Assembly: GCA_015664425.1 (NCBI GenBank)
Contig: DQQH01000258.1
Location: 9,359-73,358, forward strand
DNA: 64,000 bases
Direction of reading: 5' to 3'
Source of the DNA: Planctomycetota bacterium
Lineage (GTDB): Bacteria; Planctomycetota; UBA8108; UBA1146
Numbering within the stretch: position 1 is the first letter of the stretch; each line of letters opens with the position of its first letter. Of the stretch, positions 18,108-27,823 are shown in pieces. Made by a program: the position numbers and the translations under genes. The notes under the pieces were generated by a model. The model made no database searches, was not told where the DNA came from, and worked only from the letters and a program-made list of their open reading frames with translations.

Positions 18108-19517
18108 ATGTGTTCAGTGCCAGGACAGTCCTGCGGGTGTGAAATCAGCCGAAGAGAACTTCTCCGCAGGGGGAGCGCGGGCTTCGGGATGCTCGCTCTC
18201 TCTGGCCTCATCGGGGAAAGCATGCTCGCCGATGAGGGACTGATCTCTCCCCCCCATCACCCGGCGAGGGCGAAGAGGGTGATCTTCCTCTTCATGCATG
18301 GCGGGCCGTCCCAGGTCGATACCTTCGACTACAAACCCCTCCTCGAGCGGGACAACGGCAAGCCCCTGCCATTCTCCAAGCCGCGGGTCACCTTTGCCAA
18401 GACCGGAAACCTGCTGAAATCTCCTTGGGAATTCCGTCAGTACGGTGAATCGGGAATGTGGGTGAGCGACCTCTTCCCCAACGTCGCCACCTGTGTCGAT
18501 GACATTTGTTTCCTCAAGAGTCTTCATGGCACCAACGATGCCCACGGTGGAGCTTTGCTCGCCCTGCACACCGGTTCGGATACCTTCGTTCGCCCAAGCA
18601 TGGGGTCCTGGGCCATCTACGGTCTCGGAAGCGAGAATGAAAACCTCCCCGGTTTCATCACCATCTGCCCGACTCTGGGGCATGGCGGGGTCAACAACTG
18701 GTCTTCCGCCTTCCTCCCCGCGAGTTTCCAGGGGACGCCGATCGGGCATGCTGGTATTCCCGCAAGGAACGCAACCATCAACCATCTGAGCAACAAGCAC
18801 TGGCATCCGGATGTCCAGAAACTCCAGCTGGGCCTGATGCAGGACATCAATCTGGAACACCTCGGGAGCAAGGGGACAGATGACGCCCTCGAGGCTCGCA
18901 TCCGTTCCTTCGAGATGGCTTTCCGGATGCAGGCAGAGGCTCCGATGGTGATGGATCTGTCTGGCGAGACGAAGGAAACACTGGAACTCTACGGAATCGA
19001 TGATTCGAAGACCGAGAATTTCGGGCGGCAGTGCTTGATGGCCCGTCGCTTCGCCGAATCAGGGGTGCGTTTTATTCAATGCACTCACAGTTACAAGTGG
19101 GACCAGCACTCCAACCTCAAGAGCGGACATCAGAACAACGCTCTCGAAGTGGACAGGCCGATCGCGGGCCTGCTCAAGGATCTCAAGTCCCGTGGCCTCC
19201 TCGAAGACACCCTCGTTCTGTGGGGAGGGGAGTTTGGTCGAACTCCGACCGCTCAGGACGGCAACGGACGTGATCACAACCCCCATGGGTTCACGATGTG
19301 GATGGCTGGAGGCGGGGTTCGTGGAGGTAATAGTTACGGAGAGACCGACGACTACGGTTATTATGCTTCGAGAGACAAGGTGCACGTCAACGACCTCCAC
19401 GCGACTCTTCTGCATCTGCTTGGAATCGATCATGAGAAACTGACCTTCCGTCACGCTGGCCGGGATTTCCGGCTTACCGACGTTGCCGGGGAAGTTGTTC
19501 ACGACATCATCGCTTGA
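18108..19517 (+). CDS. DUF1501 (sulfatase-fold) protein with a Tat signal
   Basis: Twin-arginine leader SRRELLRRGSAGFGMLAL, then FLFMHGGPSQVDTFDYKP and a C-terminal GRDHNPHGFTMWMAGGG. The ORF-track start at 17565 is read-through inside the upstream gene. Confidence 0.85.
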   Translation: MCSVPGQSCGCEISRRELLRRGSAGFGMLALSGLIGESMLADEGLISPPHHPARAKRVIFLFMHGGPSQVDTFDYKPLLERDNGKPLPFSKPRVTFAKTGNLLKSPWEFRQYGESGMWVSDLFPNVATCVDDICFLKSLHGTNDAHGGALLALHTGSDTFVRPSMGSWAIYGLGSENENLPGFITICPTLGHGGVNNWSSAFLPASFQGTPIGHAGIPARNATINHLSNKHWHPDVQKLQLGLMQDINLEHLGSKGTDDALEARIRSFEMAFRMQAEAPMVMDLSGETKETLELYGIDDSKTENFGRQCLMARRFAESGVRFIQCTHSYKWDQHSNLKSGHQNNALEVDRPIAGLLKDLKSRGLLEDTLVLWGGEFGRTPTAQDGNGRDHNPHGFTMWMAGGGVRGGNSYGETDDYGYYASRDKVHVNDLHATLLHLLGIDHEKLTFRHAGRDFRLTDVAGEVVHDIIA

Positions 19518-19548
19518 TCGTGGAGATCAAGGGTATGAAACGGAATCG

Positions 19549-22017
19549 ATGAGAACACAGGAGGCGAAAAACGAGTGCGGGAGAGTCCAGGCATTCTCTT
19601 GTGCCCTGCTGGTAGCCATGGCGATGAGCGGAAGTGCTCAGGCCGGGCAACCCGAGGTAGATGGTCCCAATCTCCAGCCTGGTCTCATCTACGAGGGCTA
19701 CAACATCGGTGAGGAGCTGACTCGTCTTCCCCGCCTCATCCCGGGGCAGAAACCCAATACCGCCAGGATCGTTTCCACCGTCAACTTCCTCGGAGCGGAA
19801 GATGGCAATAACTTCAAACCTCTCATCGACAAGTTGTTCAACCGGGTGTACGGATTCATGAAAATCCGCCGCACTGGGAATGTCATCTTTCGTCTGAAGT
19901 GCGATGACGGCGGGATCCTGTTCGTCGATGGGGAGATGATTGTCAACAACGATGGTAAGCACGACTCCCAGGGCGTCGATGGGGTGCTTTCCCTGCGTCG
20001 TGGAGTTCACGAAATTCGAATCGAGCACTTCGATGGGGAGGGCGAGGATTCCCTGATCCTGGAGTGGCAACCTCCCGGTGCGAAGGCGTTTCAGATCGCT
20101 CCTGCGGGGCTGTTCTTCCACGACGGGGACGTGGACCTGAGCACCGAAGTGGGACTGAAGAAGGTCGAGAAGATAAACCCGACCGAGGGGTTCTCGAGGG
20201 AAGAGGCGGTCGAGTACGCCATCGAATTGGGGGTCCAGTACCTCCTCTCCGAAGAGGCCCGCTCCATCGGCCCCGCCGAGGGACGTCATCGCCTCGGCCA
20301 CCCCGCCGTCGAGACCTACGCTCTGATCGTTTCCGGGGTGTCTGCGGGCCACCCACAGATCCTGGCGAATTTCGCCTACCTCGACCGGTTTCTGAAGAGT
20401 GACCCCCACACCTATGCCCTCGCCTGCACCATCATGGCCTATGACGCAGCGATCGCTCAGCTGGAGCAGGACCGGATTCTGATGAATCCCCAGGGGGATC
20501 CAGCGGATTGGCTGGGGAACGTCAATCTCGCCCGGTCTCATTACAAGCAGATCGGGGATATCGGCAAGCTCCTCCTCAACAACCAGAACCCCGGAGGGGG
20601 CTGGCGTTACGCTCCCAGGGAGGGTGGAGGTGACATCTCCTGCACTCAATTCGCAGTTCTCGGCCTCGCCGCCGCCTCCAAACGAGGATTCAAGGTCCCC
20701 TTCAAGACCTGGGAAGAGGTCGCGGGTTTCATTTCGAGAATGCAGATCGACAGCGGCCCCGCCACCAGCAAAAGGGTCAGACTGGAGAAGATCGCCGAGC
20801 GAGCAGACTCGAAGAAAGCCGGAGCCCCCGGGTCGCGAAAGGCTGGCCGCAGAGGCGGGACAACCATCGCGCCTGAAGAGGTTCCCTCCCAGGTTCCCAT
20901 CGCGGGTGTCGGCGAGGTGCTGTCGCGGCGTTACGGCTACACCGGGCCTCAGAAGACAAACGATGGTGTGCGGAGCTGGAACCGGACATGTGCGGGTGTT
21001 TCCAGCCTTGCTATCATCGACCATCTCGTCGGCGCTCGATTCGACATCGAAGTGAGGAAGAAGCTCGCCAAAGCCTCTCGTGATGGTTGTGGCTGGATGA
21101 TGGAGAACTGGGCTCCTTTTGGTTGCTACTACGGGATCTACAGCCTCGAGAAGGTCGGCGACACTGGCGGAATCAGGCTCTTCAACGGAATCGATTGGTA
21201 CCACGAAGCGGTCGACTGGCTCCTCGAGAAACAGGAACCCCGGGGTAACTGGACCTCGACATCGATGTGGGGTGAGAACGAGAGAACCACCACGGCTCTG
21301 GCGCTTCTGGTACTCAATCGCGCCACCTCCTATCTGACCCGCAATCCCGCCGACAGAATTATCGCGACAGGTCAGCAGCGCAGAGAGGGTTCAGCGGACC
21401 GCCTGTGGGTCTACATGGAGGAGTTCGACCGGAGCATCTTTGTTCCACAGCTTCTCCGTACCCTCCGTTACCGCCCGCAGAAGAAGATCATGGAGTTCTT
21501 CGCTCGGGTTTGCTCCAGTTATCCGGAGTATTGGCGCCCTGAACTGGTCGAGCCCCTGCTCAGGTTGCGCGTCTCCTGCGATGACAAGCAGATGGCCGCG
21601 ATCATCCAGGACCTTCTCGACTTCGTTTGCGGGGTCGATCTCGGCTCCGACAAGAACTATCGCGAGTGGCTCAGGATGTGGGTGCGGGCGAAGGAGATCG
21701 GGGATATGGAGGATCTCTACGCTCACGCCGAACTCCTCGACATCTATTCTGCCGCTGCTGACTCCGGGCCGTTGAAAGCTGCAACGGTTCGTTCTGCACT
21801 GAGAGTCAATTCCCGCGAGATTCTTCCCCTGCTGCTCGAGGATCTGCTCTCCCCTGTGGCTGAGATTCGCGTGGTTGCTGCCAGGGGAGTGGATGGCCTC
21901 TTTGTAGATCCCGCTCCCTTTTTTGACTGGGCCCTCGAAGTTTCCGAGTTGCAGGAGGCCGCAGCGATGCTGAAACGCTGGGCACTCGAGCAGTCGAAAA
22001 AGGTTTCGAGCGAGTGA
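19549..22017 (+). CDS. Secreted PA14-domain protein with prenyltransferase/squalene-cyclase-like alpha/alpha-toroid repeats
   Basis: Signal peptide ...LLVAMAMSGSAQA. PA14-like region GLIYEGYNIG...FRLKCDDGGILFVDGEMIVNNDG...ILEWQPPG. Toroid repeat NQNPGGGWRY...DISCTQFAVLGL. Confidence 0.65.
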   Translation: MRTQEAKNECGRVQAFSCALLVAMAMSGSAQAGQPEVDGPNLQPGLIYEGYNIGEELTRLPRLIPGQKPNTARIVSTVNFLGAEDGNNFKPLIDKLFNRVYGFMKIRRTGNVIFRLKCDDGGILFVDGEMIVNNDGKHDSQGVDGVLSLRRGVHEIRIEHFDGEGEDSLILEWQPPGAKAFQIAPAGLFFHDGDVDLSTEVGLKKVEKINPTEGFSREEAVEYAIELGVQYLLSEEARSIGPAEGRHRLGHPAVETYALIVSGVSAGHPQILANFAYLDRFLKSDPHTYALACTIMAYDAAIAQLEQDRILMNPQGDPADWLGNVNLARSHYKQIGDIGKLLLNNQNPGGGWRYAPREGGGDISCTQFAVLGLAAASKRGFKVPFKTWEEVAGFISRMQIDSGPATSKRVRLEKIAERADSKKAGAPGSRKAGRRGGTTIAPEEVPSQVPIAGVGEVLSRRYGYTGPQKTNDGVRSWNRTCAGVSSLAIIDHLVGARFDIEVRKKLAKASRDGCGWMMENWAPFGCYYGIYSLEKVGDTGGIRLFNGIDWYHEAVDWLLEKQEPRGNWTSTSMWGENERTTTALALLVLNRATSYLTRNPADRIIATGQQRREGSADRLWVYMEEFDRSIFVPQLLRTLRYRPQKKIMEFFARVCSSYPEYWRPELVEPLLRLRVSCDDKQMAAIIQDLLDFVCGVDLGSDKNYREWLRMWVRAKEIGDMEDLYAHAELLDIYSAAADSGPLKAATVRSALRVNSREILPLLLEDLLSPVAEIRVVAARGVDGLFVDPAPFFDWALEVSELQEAAAMLKRWALEQSKKVSSE

Positions 22018-22045
22018 GCCCAGCGGCAAGGAATGGTAGTTGCTG

Positions 22046-24145
22046 ATGTCCCCCGTCTTCCTGTGTGTGGTGCTGCTCTTCCCTCCAGTTGCTGTCGATC
22101 CCCCGGAACCGATCGAGCCGTTGCCGTCTGCAAATCAACTGGCCTGGCAAGCGATGGATTACAACGCTTTCGTCCACTTCAACATCAACACCTTTACCGA
22201 TCTGGAGTGGGGGCACGGAACCGAGGACCCCGACACATTTGCTCCACAATCACTCGACTGCCGGCAGTGGTGTCGCATCTTCAAGGAGGCGGGGATGAAA
22301 GGGGTGATCATCACGGCGAAGCACCACGATGGTTTCTGCCTGTGGCCCTCTGAATATTCCGAGCACACCGTGGCCAGGAGTCCCTGGCGAGATGGCAAGG
22401 GGGATCTCCTCCAGGAACTCTCCGATGCCTGCAGTGAGTTCGGTCTGAAGTTTGGGGTCTACCTCTCCCCATGGGATCGTAATCACCCGGCATACGGCGA
22501 TTCTCCCCGGTACAACGAGGTGTTCCGGAACCAGTTGGAAGAGGTCCTCAGCCGCTACGGGGAGGTCTTCGAGGTGTGGTTCGACGGCGCCTGTGGTGAA
22601 GGCCCCAATGGCAAGAGGCAGGTTTACGACTGGCCGTCGTTTCACGAGGTGGTCAAGAGGCTCCAGCCGGGGGCTGTGATCTTCAGCGATGCCGGGCCCG
22701 GGTGCCGATGGGTGGGGAACGAACGCGGCTTCGCTGGTGAGACGAACTGGTCGATGCTGAGGAGAGATGAGTTCTTCCCCGGAACACCGCGCTACCGGGA
22801 GTTGACAGAGGGGCACAGGGACGGCACCCACTGGCTCCCCGCTGAGTGCGATGTTTCGATTCGACCGGGATGGTATTACCACCAGGAGCAGGATGAAAAG
22901 GTCAAGAGTCTCGAGGAACTGATCGAGATCTGGTTCGGGTCGGTCGGTCGTAATGGGTTGTTGCTGCTCAACATTCCCGTCGATCGTCGCGGCCTCGTCC
23001 ACGAGAACGATGCGGTACGGCTTCAGGAATTTCGAGACGCCAGGGAGGCCATATTCGAAAACCGGGCCGCTGGCGCCTCGGTCAGGGCAAGCAATGTGCG
23101 GGGAAAGTCTCCACGCTTCTCAGAAAAAATGATGATAGATGGCGATCCCGAGACTTACTGGGCGACCGATGATGATCTGGAGCGAGCCCAGGTGATGGTG
23201 GAGCTTCCTGCTCCTTCTCTGGTCAGCATGGTCACCATCCGTGAGCCGATCGCCCTCGGACAGAGGATTGCAAGCTTCCTGATCGACGTTCGTGAATCAG
23301 GCACCCTCGTCCGAGTGGCGAGTGGGACGACGGTGGGGAACAGGCGGATCATCCGCTTTCCTCCACGGGTAACGGATGCGATCCGGCTCACCATCGTCGA
23401 GTCCCGGGGGTGCCCTGCGATCTCCGAGATAGAGGTGGGAGCCCTACCGCCACGGGTCGAGATCGTGACCGGGGCCACCCATCTTTCCTCGCCCACCGAG
23501 GTGACCCTGCGATCGGAGACTCCTGGAGCCCGGATTCGCTATACCGTGGATGGCAGCGAGCCGGGAACCGCCTCCCCCCTCTACGAGAGCCCGCTGGTCA
23601 TCGATGGTGATCTGGAGCTGAGAGCGGTCGCTTTCCATCAAGGCCGCCGGGGCATCTTCGAGGCGAGGCAGCGCTTCGAATTTTACAACCAGGATGAATT
23701 TCTTCCGGCGATCCGGTTCATCCGGGCTCCCGAGAGAGGCCTCAACTGGCAGGCCTTCGAAGGAGAGTTCCGCAGCGTTTCGGAACTGGCAGATCGGGAA
23801 CCAGTTGCCACCGGAGAGTGCGAGAAGCCGGAACTCTCGGTGGCCCCACGGTCCGAGCACTTCGGGCTCGTCTTCGGTGGTTTCCTTGAGGTGCCACGGG
23901 ATGGTATCTATGCCTTCGAACTTTCGAGTGACGATGGGAGTCGACTCTGGCTCCACGATCGGCTGCTGGTCGATGGAGATGGATTGCACGGACCCGAGGT
24001 CAGGGGGGGCGCAGTCGGTCTTCGTGCCGGCTGGCACCCGCTACGCATCGCTTATTTCAATGCAACGGGCGAAGCGACCCTCGAACTGAGGTGGAACGGT
24101 CCAGGCCTCAGAGGCAAGGTCCCTTCGCGTTTCTTCGGGCGTTGA
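22046..24145 (+). CDS. GH29 alpha-L-fucosidase with F5/8-type-C-like and C-terminal PA14-like domains
   Basis: ITAKHHDGFCLWPS...FGVYLSPWDRN...VWFDGACGEG is the GH29 core. C-terminal GLNWQAFEGEF...ELSSDDGSRLWLHDRLLVDGDG...ELRWNGPG is PA14-like. Confidence 0.8.
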   Translation: MSPVFLCVVLLFPPVAVDPPEPIEPLPSANQLAWQAMDYNAFVHFNINTFTDLEWGHGTEDPDTFAPQSLDCRQWCRIFKEAGMKGVIITAKHHDGFCLWPSEYSEHTVARSPWRDGKGDLLQELSDACSEFGLKFGVYLSPWDRNHPAYGDSPRYNEVFRNQLEEVLSRYGEVFEVWFDGACGEGPNGKRQVYDWPSFHEVVKRLQPGAVIFSDAGPGCRWVGNERGFAGETNWSMLRRDEFFPGTPRYRELTEGHRDGTHWLPAECDVSIRPGWYYHQEQDEKVKSLEELIEIWFGSVGRNGLLLLNIPVDRRGLVHENDAVRLQEFRDAREAIFENRAAGASVRASNVRGKSPRFSEKMMIDGDPETYWATDDDLERAQVMVELPAPSLVSMVTIREPIALGQRIASFLIDVRESGTLVRVASGTTVGNRRIIRFPPRVTDAIRLTIVESRGCPAISEIEVGALPPRVEIVTGATHLSSPTEVTLRSETPGARIRYTVDGSEPGTASPLYESPLVIDGDLELRAVAFHQGRRGIFEARQRFEFYNQDEFLPAIRFIRAPERGLNWQAFEGEFRSVSELADREPVATGECEKPELSVAPRSEHFGLVFGGFLEVPRDGIYAFELSSDDGSRLWLHDRLLVDGDGLHGPEVRGGAVGLRAGWHPLRIAYFNATGEATLELRWNGPGLRGKVPSRFFGR

Positions 24146-24179
24146 ATCCCTGATCCACCCCGGGGGGTCGGTGCATCGC

Positions 24180-25601
24180 TCAGACGAAGATAAATGCCAG
24201 GATTTTGTAGAAGAACATCGCAAGGAATGCCCCCGCGGGAACGGTGATGACCCATGAGACGCCGATGTCCCTGACGGTGTGGAGGTTGAGGGCCCCCATT
24301 CCACGGGCGAGACCGACCCCGACAACCGCCCCGACCAGGGTGTGAGTGGTCGAGATCGGCAGGCCGAGTTTCGTTGCCAGGACGATGGTTGCTGCCGCCG
24401 AGAATTCTGCGGTAAACCCCCTTGATGGCGTCAACTCGGTGATCTTGCGGCCGATCGTTTCCATGACACGCCAGCCCCAGGTCGCCAGCCCGGCGACGAT
24501 TCCCAGCCCGCCGAGGGCGAGAGCCCACAGCGGCACCGCCGACTGCATATCGACCGTACCCTCTCTCACTGTCTGGACGACGGCGGAGAGAGGGCCGATG
24601 GCGTTGGCCACATCGTTGGATCCGTGGGCGAAGGCGACGAAACAAGCGCTCAGGATCTGCAGGTAAACGAAGATGCGTTCCACCTTGTTGAGGGCTGGAC
24701 TGTCGGTCGGTCCCTTCTCGGCGGCGAGCTGGGCGCCGAGATTCTCGGTGTGCTTCAAGAGCTCGGAGACCTCGGCCTGGACCTCGCCATCGGAGACCGC
24801 TTGTACCCGTCTCAGGTGCTTTTTGGCCCTGGCAAGGGAAGACGCCAGGTACTGGCTCCTCATCGCGTTTCCAGTCGGTGTGTCATCGTCGACCTGGATC
24901 CTTCGGACCAGGAACCGGGTAACGATGGCGGCAACGAGCCCGACAGGAATGGCTATGGCGAGAGCATTGAAGAAAGAGAGGTCCAGATGCCAGTTCTTCA
25001 GTCCCTTGAAAACCATCGTCAGCGTCAAGATGGTCAAGACGATGAAGGCGAGCACAGGCGCCAGCTGCTTGGTTGCCTTGAGCGGATTGGGTTGGTAAAA
25101 GATTTTTCTGAGGAGCAGACGGAACGTGAAGTAGGCGATGGTTGCGCTCAAGAGCGGGGAGATCAGCCAGCTCGACAGAATCTCACCTACCTTGGGCCAG
25201 TGGACCGCATCGAGGCCGCCGTAGAGGACTCCGAATCCGATGATGGCACCGACGATGGAGTGGGTGGTCGATACCGGCCAGCCGAAGTAGGAGGCGATCT
25301 GGAGCCATGCGCCGGCGGCGAGAAGGGCAGCGAGCATGCCACAGACAAAGGCGGTCGGATCCCCGGCGAAGAGGCTGGAATCGACGATCCCCTTGCGAAC
25401 CGTCTCGGAGACGGGCGAGCCGGCCATGAATGCCCCGCCAAATTCGAGGACAGCGGCGACCAGGACCGCTCTTCTGAGGGTCAGAGCGCCCGATCCCACC
25501 GAGGTTCCCATGGCGTTGGCGACGTCGTTGGCACCGATGTTCCAGGCCATGTAGAAGCCGAAGATACCCGCGAGTGTTAATAGAATGGTTCCGTCGGCCA
25601 T
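24180..25601 (-). CDS. Inorganic phosphate transporter, PiT family
   Basis: Duplicated GANDVANAMGTSVG and GSNDVANAIGP PHO4 motifs. The ATG at 25601 lies directly after the stop of the upstream DUF47 gene. Confidence 0.85.
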   Translation of the reverse strand: MADGTILLTLAGIFGFYMAWNIGANDVANAMGTSVGSGALTLRRAVLVAAVLEFGGAFMAGSPVSETVRKGIVDSSLFAGDPTAFVCGMLAALLAAGAWLQIASYFGWPVSTTHSIVGAIIGFGVLYGGLDAVHWPKVGEILSSWLISPLLSATIAYFTFRLLLRKIFYQPNPLKATKQLAPVLAFIVLTILTLTMVFKGLKNWHLDLSFFNALAIAIPVGLVAAIVTRFLVRRIQVDDDTPTGNAMRSQYLASSLARAKKHLRRVQAVSDGEVQAEVSELLKHTENLGAQLAAEKGPTDSPALNKVERIFVYLQILSACFVAFAHGSNDVANAIGPLSAVVQTVREGTVDMQSAVPLWALALGGLGIVAGLATWGWRVMETIGRKITELTPSRGFTAEFSAAATIVLATKLGLPISTTHTLVGAVVGVGLARGMGALNLHTVRDIGVSWVITVPAGAFLAMFFYKILAFIFV

Positions 25602-25603
25602 GA

Positions 25604-26281
25604 TTATTTCAACTCGAGAGTTGTGCGAACCTTGTCTGCCAGGTTCTCGCTGAGATCGGAGATCTGGGCTATCTCGGCAAGGATTCCGAGCCACAGGTGG
25701 AACTCGCTATACGGCAATTGGTCCTCGAGATTGAAAATGACGCGCAGCAAGCTGCGCTGGCAAAGGTCGACCTCATGTTCCTTGACGGCGACCTCGTGGA
25801 CGATCTCCCGGACTCTTTCTGCTTCTGCGCCTCCAAAGCCGCTCTCCAGAAGTTCATCGAGTTCCTCGATGATTCTGGAGGTGAGCTGGAAACAATCTGT
25901 GCTCTTGGCGCAAAATTCGTTGAACAAGTCCTTCATCGGTTCGGGGACGGTGAGGTTTTTCAGAGTGCAGAGAACCGCCACGTTTTCGGCGGTGTCTGCA
26001 ATTTCATCCTGGGTGGAGAGAATCTCGAGAATCTTCCCGCGGTCTACGGCAAGGAAGAGTCCTCTCGGCAGATGGTTTCTGATGTCGTTTTTGACCAGAT
26101 CTGCTTCGTGTTCGGACTTGGAAATTTTTCGGGCGAGTTCGGCGATCATCGGATGGTCGCCTGCGAGGAACGCCTTGAACAATCCACCCAGTTCATCTAC
26201 GCATTCTCCCACTTTCCGCATGTGGGACTGAAGCGGCACGAAAGGTGATTTTCCGAACAGGCTTGCAAAGGTGCGCATCAA
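25604..26281 (-). CDS. PhoU-like DUF47/TIGR00153-family phosphate-transport regulator
   Basis: 225-aa helical protein immediately upstream of PiT in the canonical pairing. N-terminal FGKSPFVPLQSHMRKVGECV resembles the family. Confidence 0.7.
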   Translation of the reverse strand: MMRTFASLFGKSPFVPLQSHMRKVGECVDELGGLFKAFLAGDHPMIAELARKISKSEHEADLVKNDIRNHLPRGLFLAVDRGKILEILSTQDEIADTAENVAVLCTLKNLTVPEPMKDLFNEFCAKSTDCFQLTSRIIEELDELLESGFGGAEAERVREIVHEVAVKEHEVDLCQRSLLRVIFNLEDQLPYSEFHLWLGILAEIAQISDLSENLADKVRTTLELK

Positions 26282-26476
26282 TTTTCCTCTGGTTCTTCTC
26301 GAGATTCATTCCCGGGCCTGGATCAATTCGGCTACTCACCATTCGCCGGGAAGGATGGCAATTTATCAAAATATGTGAAGGTATTTCTTTTTCCCTGAAT
26401 CCCTCGAGGGCAGCGAATGCGAATAGGGGGCTAGAAAGGCATTTCAGGGGGGGCGCCCCGGAGAATCGACATCCGG

Positions 26477-26518
26477 AAAATTAAAAGAGCGCCCCGCGGG
26501 ATTCCCGCAGGGCGCTCT
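26477..26518 (-). terminator. Rho-independent terminator downstream of the OMP gene
   Basis: 15-bp stem with 14 pairs (AGAGCGCCCCGCGGG/CCCGCAGGGCGCTCT). On the minus strand it is followed by TTTAATTTT. Confidence 0.7.
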
Positions 26519-26544
26519 TCTGGGGGGCGAAAAAACCGCTGCTT

Positions 26545-27120
26545 CTACCAGTTCCAGCCTAGAGAGATTCCGACCGACTGGCGGTCGAAAGCCTTGTCGT
26601 CGTAAATACAGCTGCGGTAATCGAAACCGATGTGAGCATTGTCCCCGAGATGGATGTAGCCGCCACCGTGGAAATAGAAACCCGTTTCCGATGCATCGAC
26701 TCCGTTGTTGGTCGAGTCGAGCAGAGCGATTCCACCACCGCCAAAAGCTGAGAAGGGAGTGAAGGGGAAGTTGGCGGTGACCCGTCCACCCGCGACGAAC
26801 TCAGCGAAGCGTAGTTCGATCGGCCCATCCTTTTCCCCGACCACGTTCACTCCCACCTCAGGGGCGAGGTACCATTCGCTCTTGCGAGCGCTGACCATCA
26901 CGCCACCACCATCGACCGACTTGTAAATGTTCAGATCCGAATTGGTGCCATAGTCATAGACTGCGCTGTGGAAACTCACTGTCCCGCTGTAGGGGGACAG
27001 GTTCGGCTGTTCGACGCCGGAGAAGGGCGATTTTGCTTCCGGGCGGAAGCGCACGAAATCTTCGTCAACGGCACAACCCGCGCAGAGGAGCAACAGGCAG
27101 AGCATCAATGGGACTCGCAT
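26545..27120 (-). CDS. Small outer-membrane beta-barrel-like lipoprotein (hypothetical)
   Basis: Signal/lipobox-like MRVPLMLCLLLLCAGC, Gly/aromatic-rich alternating strands, and a C-terminal ...GISLGWNW. Confidence 0.5.
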   Translation of the reverse strand: MRVPLMLCLLLLCAGCAVDEDFVRFRPEAKSPFSGVEQPNLSPYSGTVSFHSAVYDYGTNSDLNIYKSVDGGGVMVSARKSEWYLAPEVGVNVVGEKDGPIELRFAEFVAGGRVTANFPFTPFSAFGGGGIALLDSTNNGVDASETGFYFHGGGYIHLGDNAHIGFDYRSCIYDDKAFDRQSVGISLGWNW

Positions 27121-27167
27121 CGTCCGCTGGCCTTTCTCAGGGTTCACCTTCCGATGAACCGTTGGAA

Positions 27168-27594
27168 TGGGGGAAGCGGGAGAATCGAACTCCCGCTGGC
27201 CGGTGGTGCCGATCCCACCCTCGACAGCAGTGTCGGGAGGGAAGAAACGGGTGCACCCCAGGCACGCTTCATTCTTTCACCGAGTCGGGATTCTAGTCAG
27301 GACAGCCCGCCGCGGCAAGGTAGCCGCTGAGGTCCGCGGGGGACCCGGTTCCACTCCGACCCGCCCTCTTCCCGGTCCCAAGCCTCGGTTCGGGGGCTTC
27401 CTCGGATCGAGCACTGGGTTCCCTTGAGAGGGGATCGGCGAATTCGAGCTCGAGTTGCGGCCCTCGAGGAGGGTCTGGCCAGCGGACGGTCCCAAGGGAG
27501 AGCGAGCCCCTTCCCGGGTGAATTCCCACCATCCTCGCCGACTGAGTTCGCAGAATGATTCAGTTTCTTCCGGTTGAAGCCTGATCTTCACCCC
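27168..27594 (-). ncRNA. ssrA: Candidate tmRNA (ssrA), atypical
   Basis: On the minus strand the 5' end reads GGGGUGAAGAUCAGGCUUCAACCGG (compare the tmRNA consensus GGGGnUGA...GGnUUCGAC). The 3' end is a tRNA-like T-arm, GGGAG-UUCGAUU-CUCCC, followed by CUUCCCCC-A. A long-range P2-like pairing joins 5' GGAAGAAAC and UCAUUCU to 3' AGAAUGA and GUUUCUUCC. No tag reading frame could be identified by eye. Confidence 0.5.
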
Positions 27595-27795
27595 GATGAT
27601 GGGGACCACGGCGGTGGTTGTCCTCCTCTACTGGCGGTCCCACGGGGGCGGCCAATGCCACCGGGGGGATCCTGGCAAATGGGGCCACCCGAGGGGGCCG
27701 AAGGGGCGGACGGCTGATCCTGAAGCGCTGTCGCAAGCGTCACTCCCTGGTGGACTTCCGCTGACAAAAGGGGGCAAATGAGGGCTGCCCATCCC

Positions 27796-27823
27796 TTGAC
27801 ACCGATGGGGTATCGCGTAGGAT
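27796..27823 (+). promoter_or_regulatory. Sigma70-like promoter candidate (TTGACA-16-TAGGAT)
   Basis: Exact -35 hexamer TTGACA at 27796-27801, a 16-nt spacer, and TAGGAT at 27818-27823. It lies about 510 nt upstream of the first ATPase start. Confidence 0.2.

Noticed and set aside
16931-21204. Long minus-strand ORFs 16931..18223 and 19507..21204
   Set aside because: They lie opposite the PSCyt/PSD, DUF1501 and PA14 genes, all of which have clear family motifs. Their translations are compositionally non-protein-like.
24180-26281. PiT plus the upstream DUF47/PhoU-like gene, considered as a possible novel transport module
   Set aside because: This pairing is a well-known, widespread arrangement, and nothing in the sequence looks unusual.
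27277-27609. ORFs 27277..27609 and 27293..27532 (minus strand), considered as protein genes or as an extremely long tmRNA tag
   Set aside because: They fall within the tmRNA-like structured region, have no RBS or start context, and their composition is non-protein-like. A 79-codon tag would be far outside known tag lengths, so I leave the tag unassigned instead.
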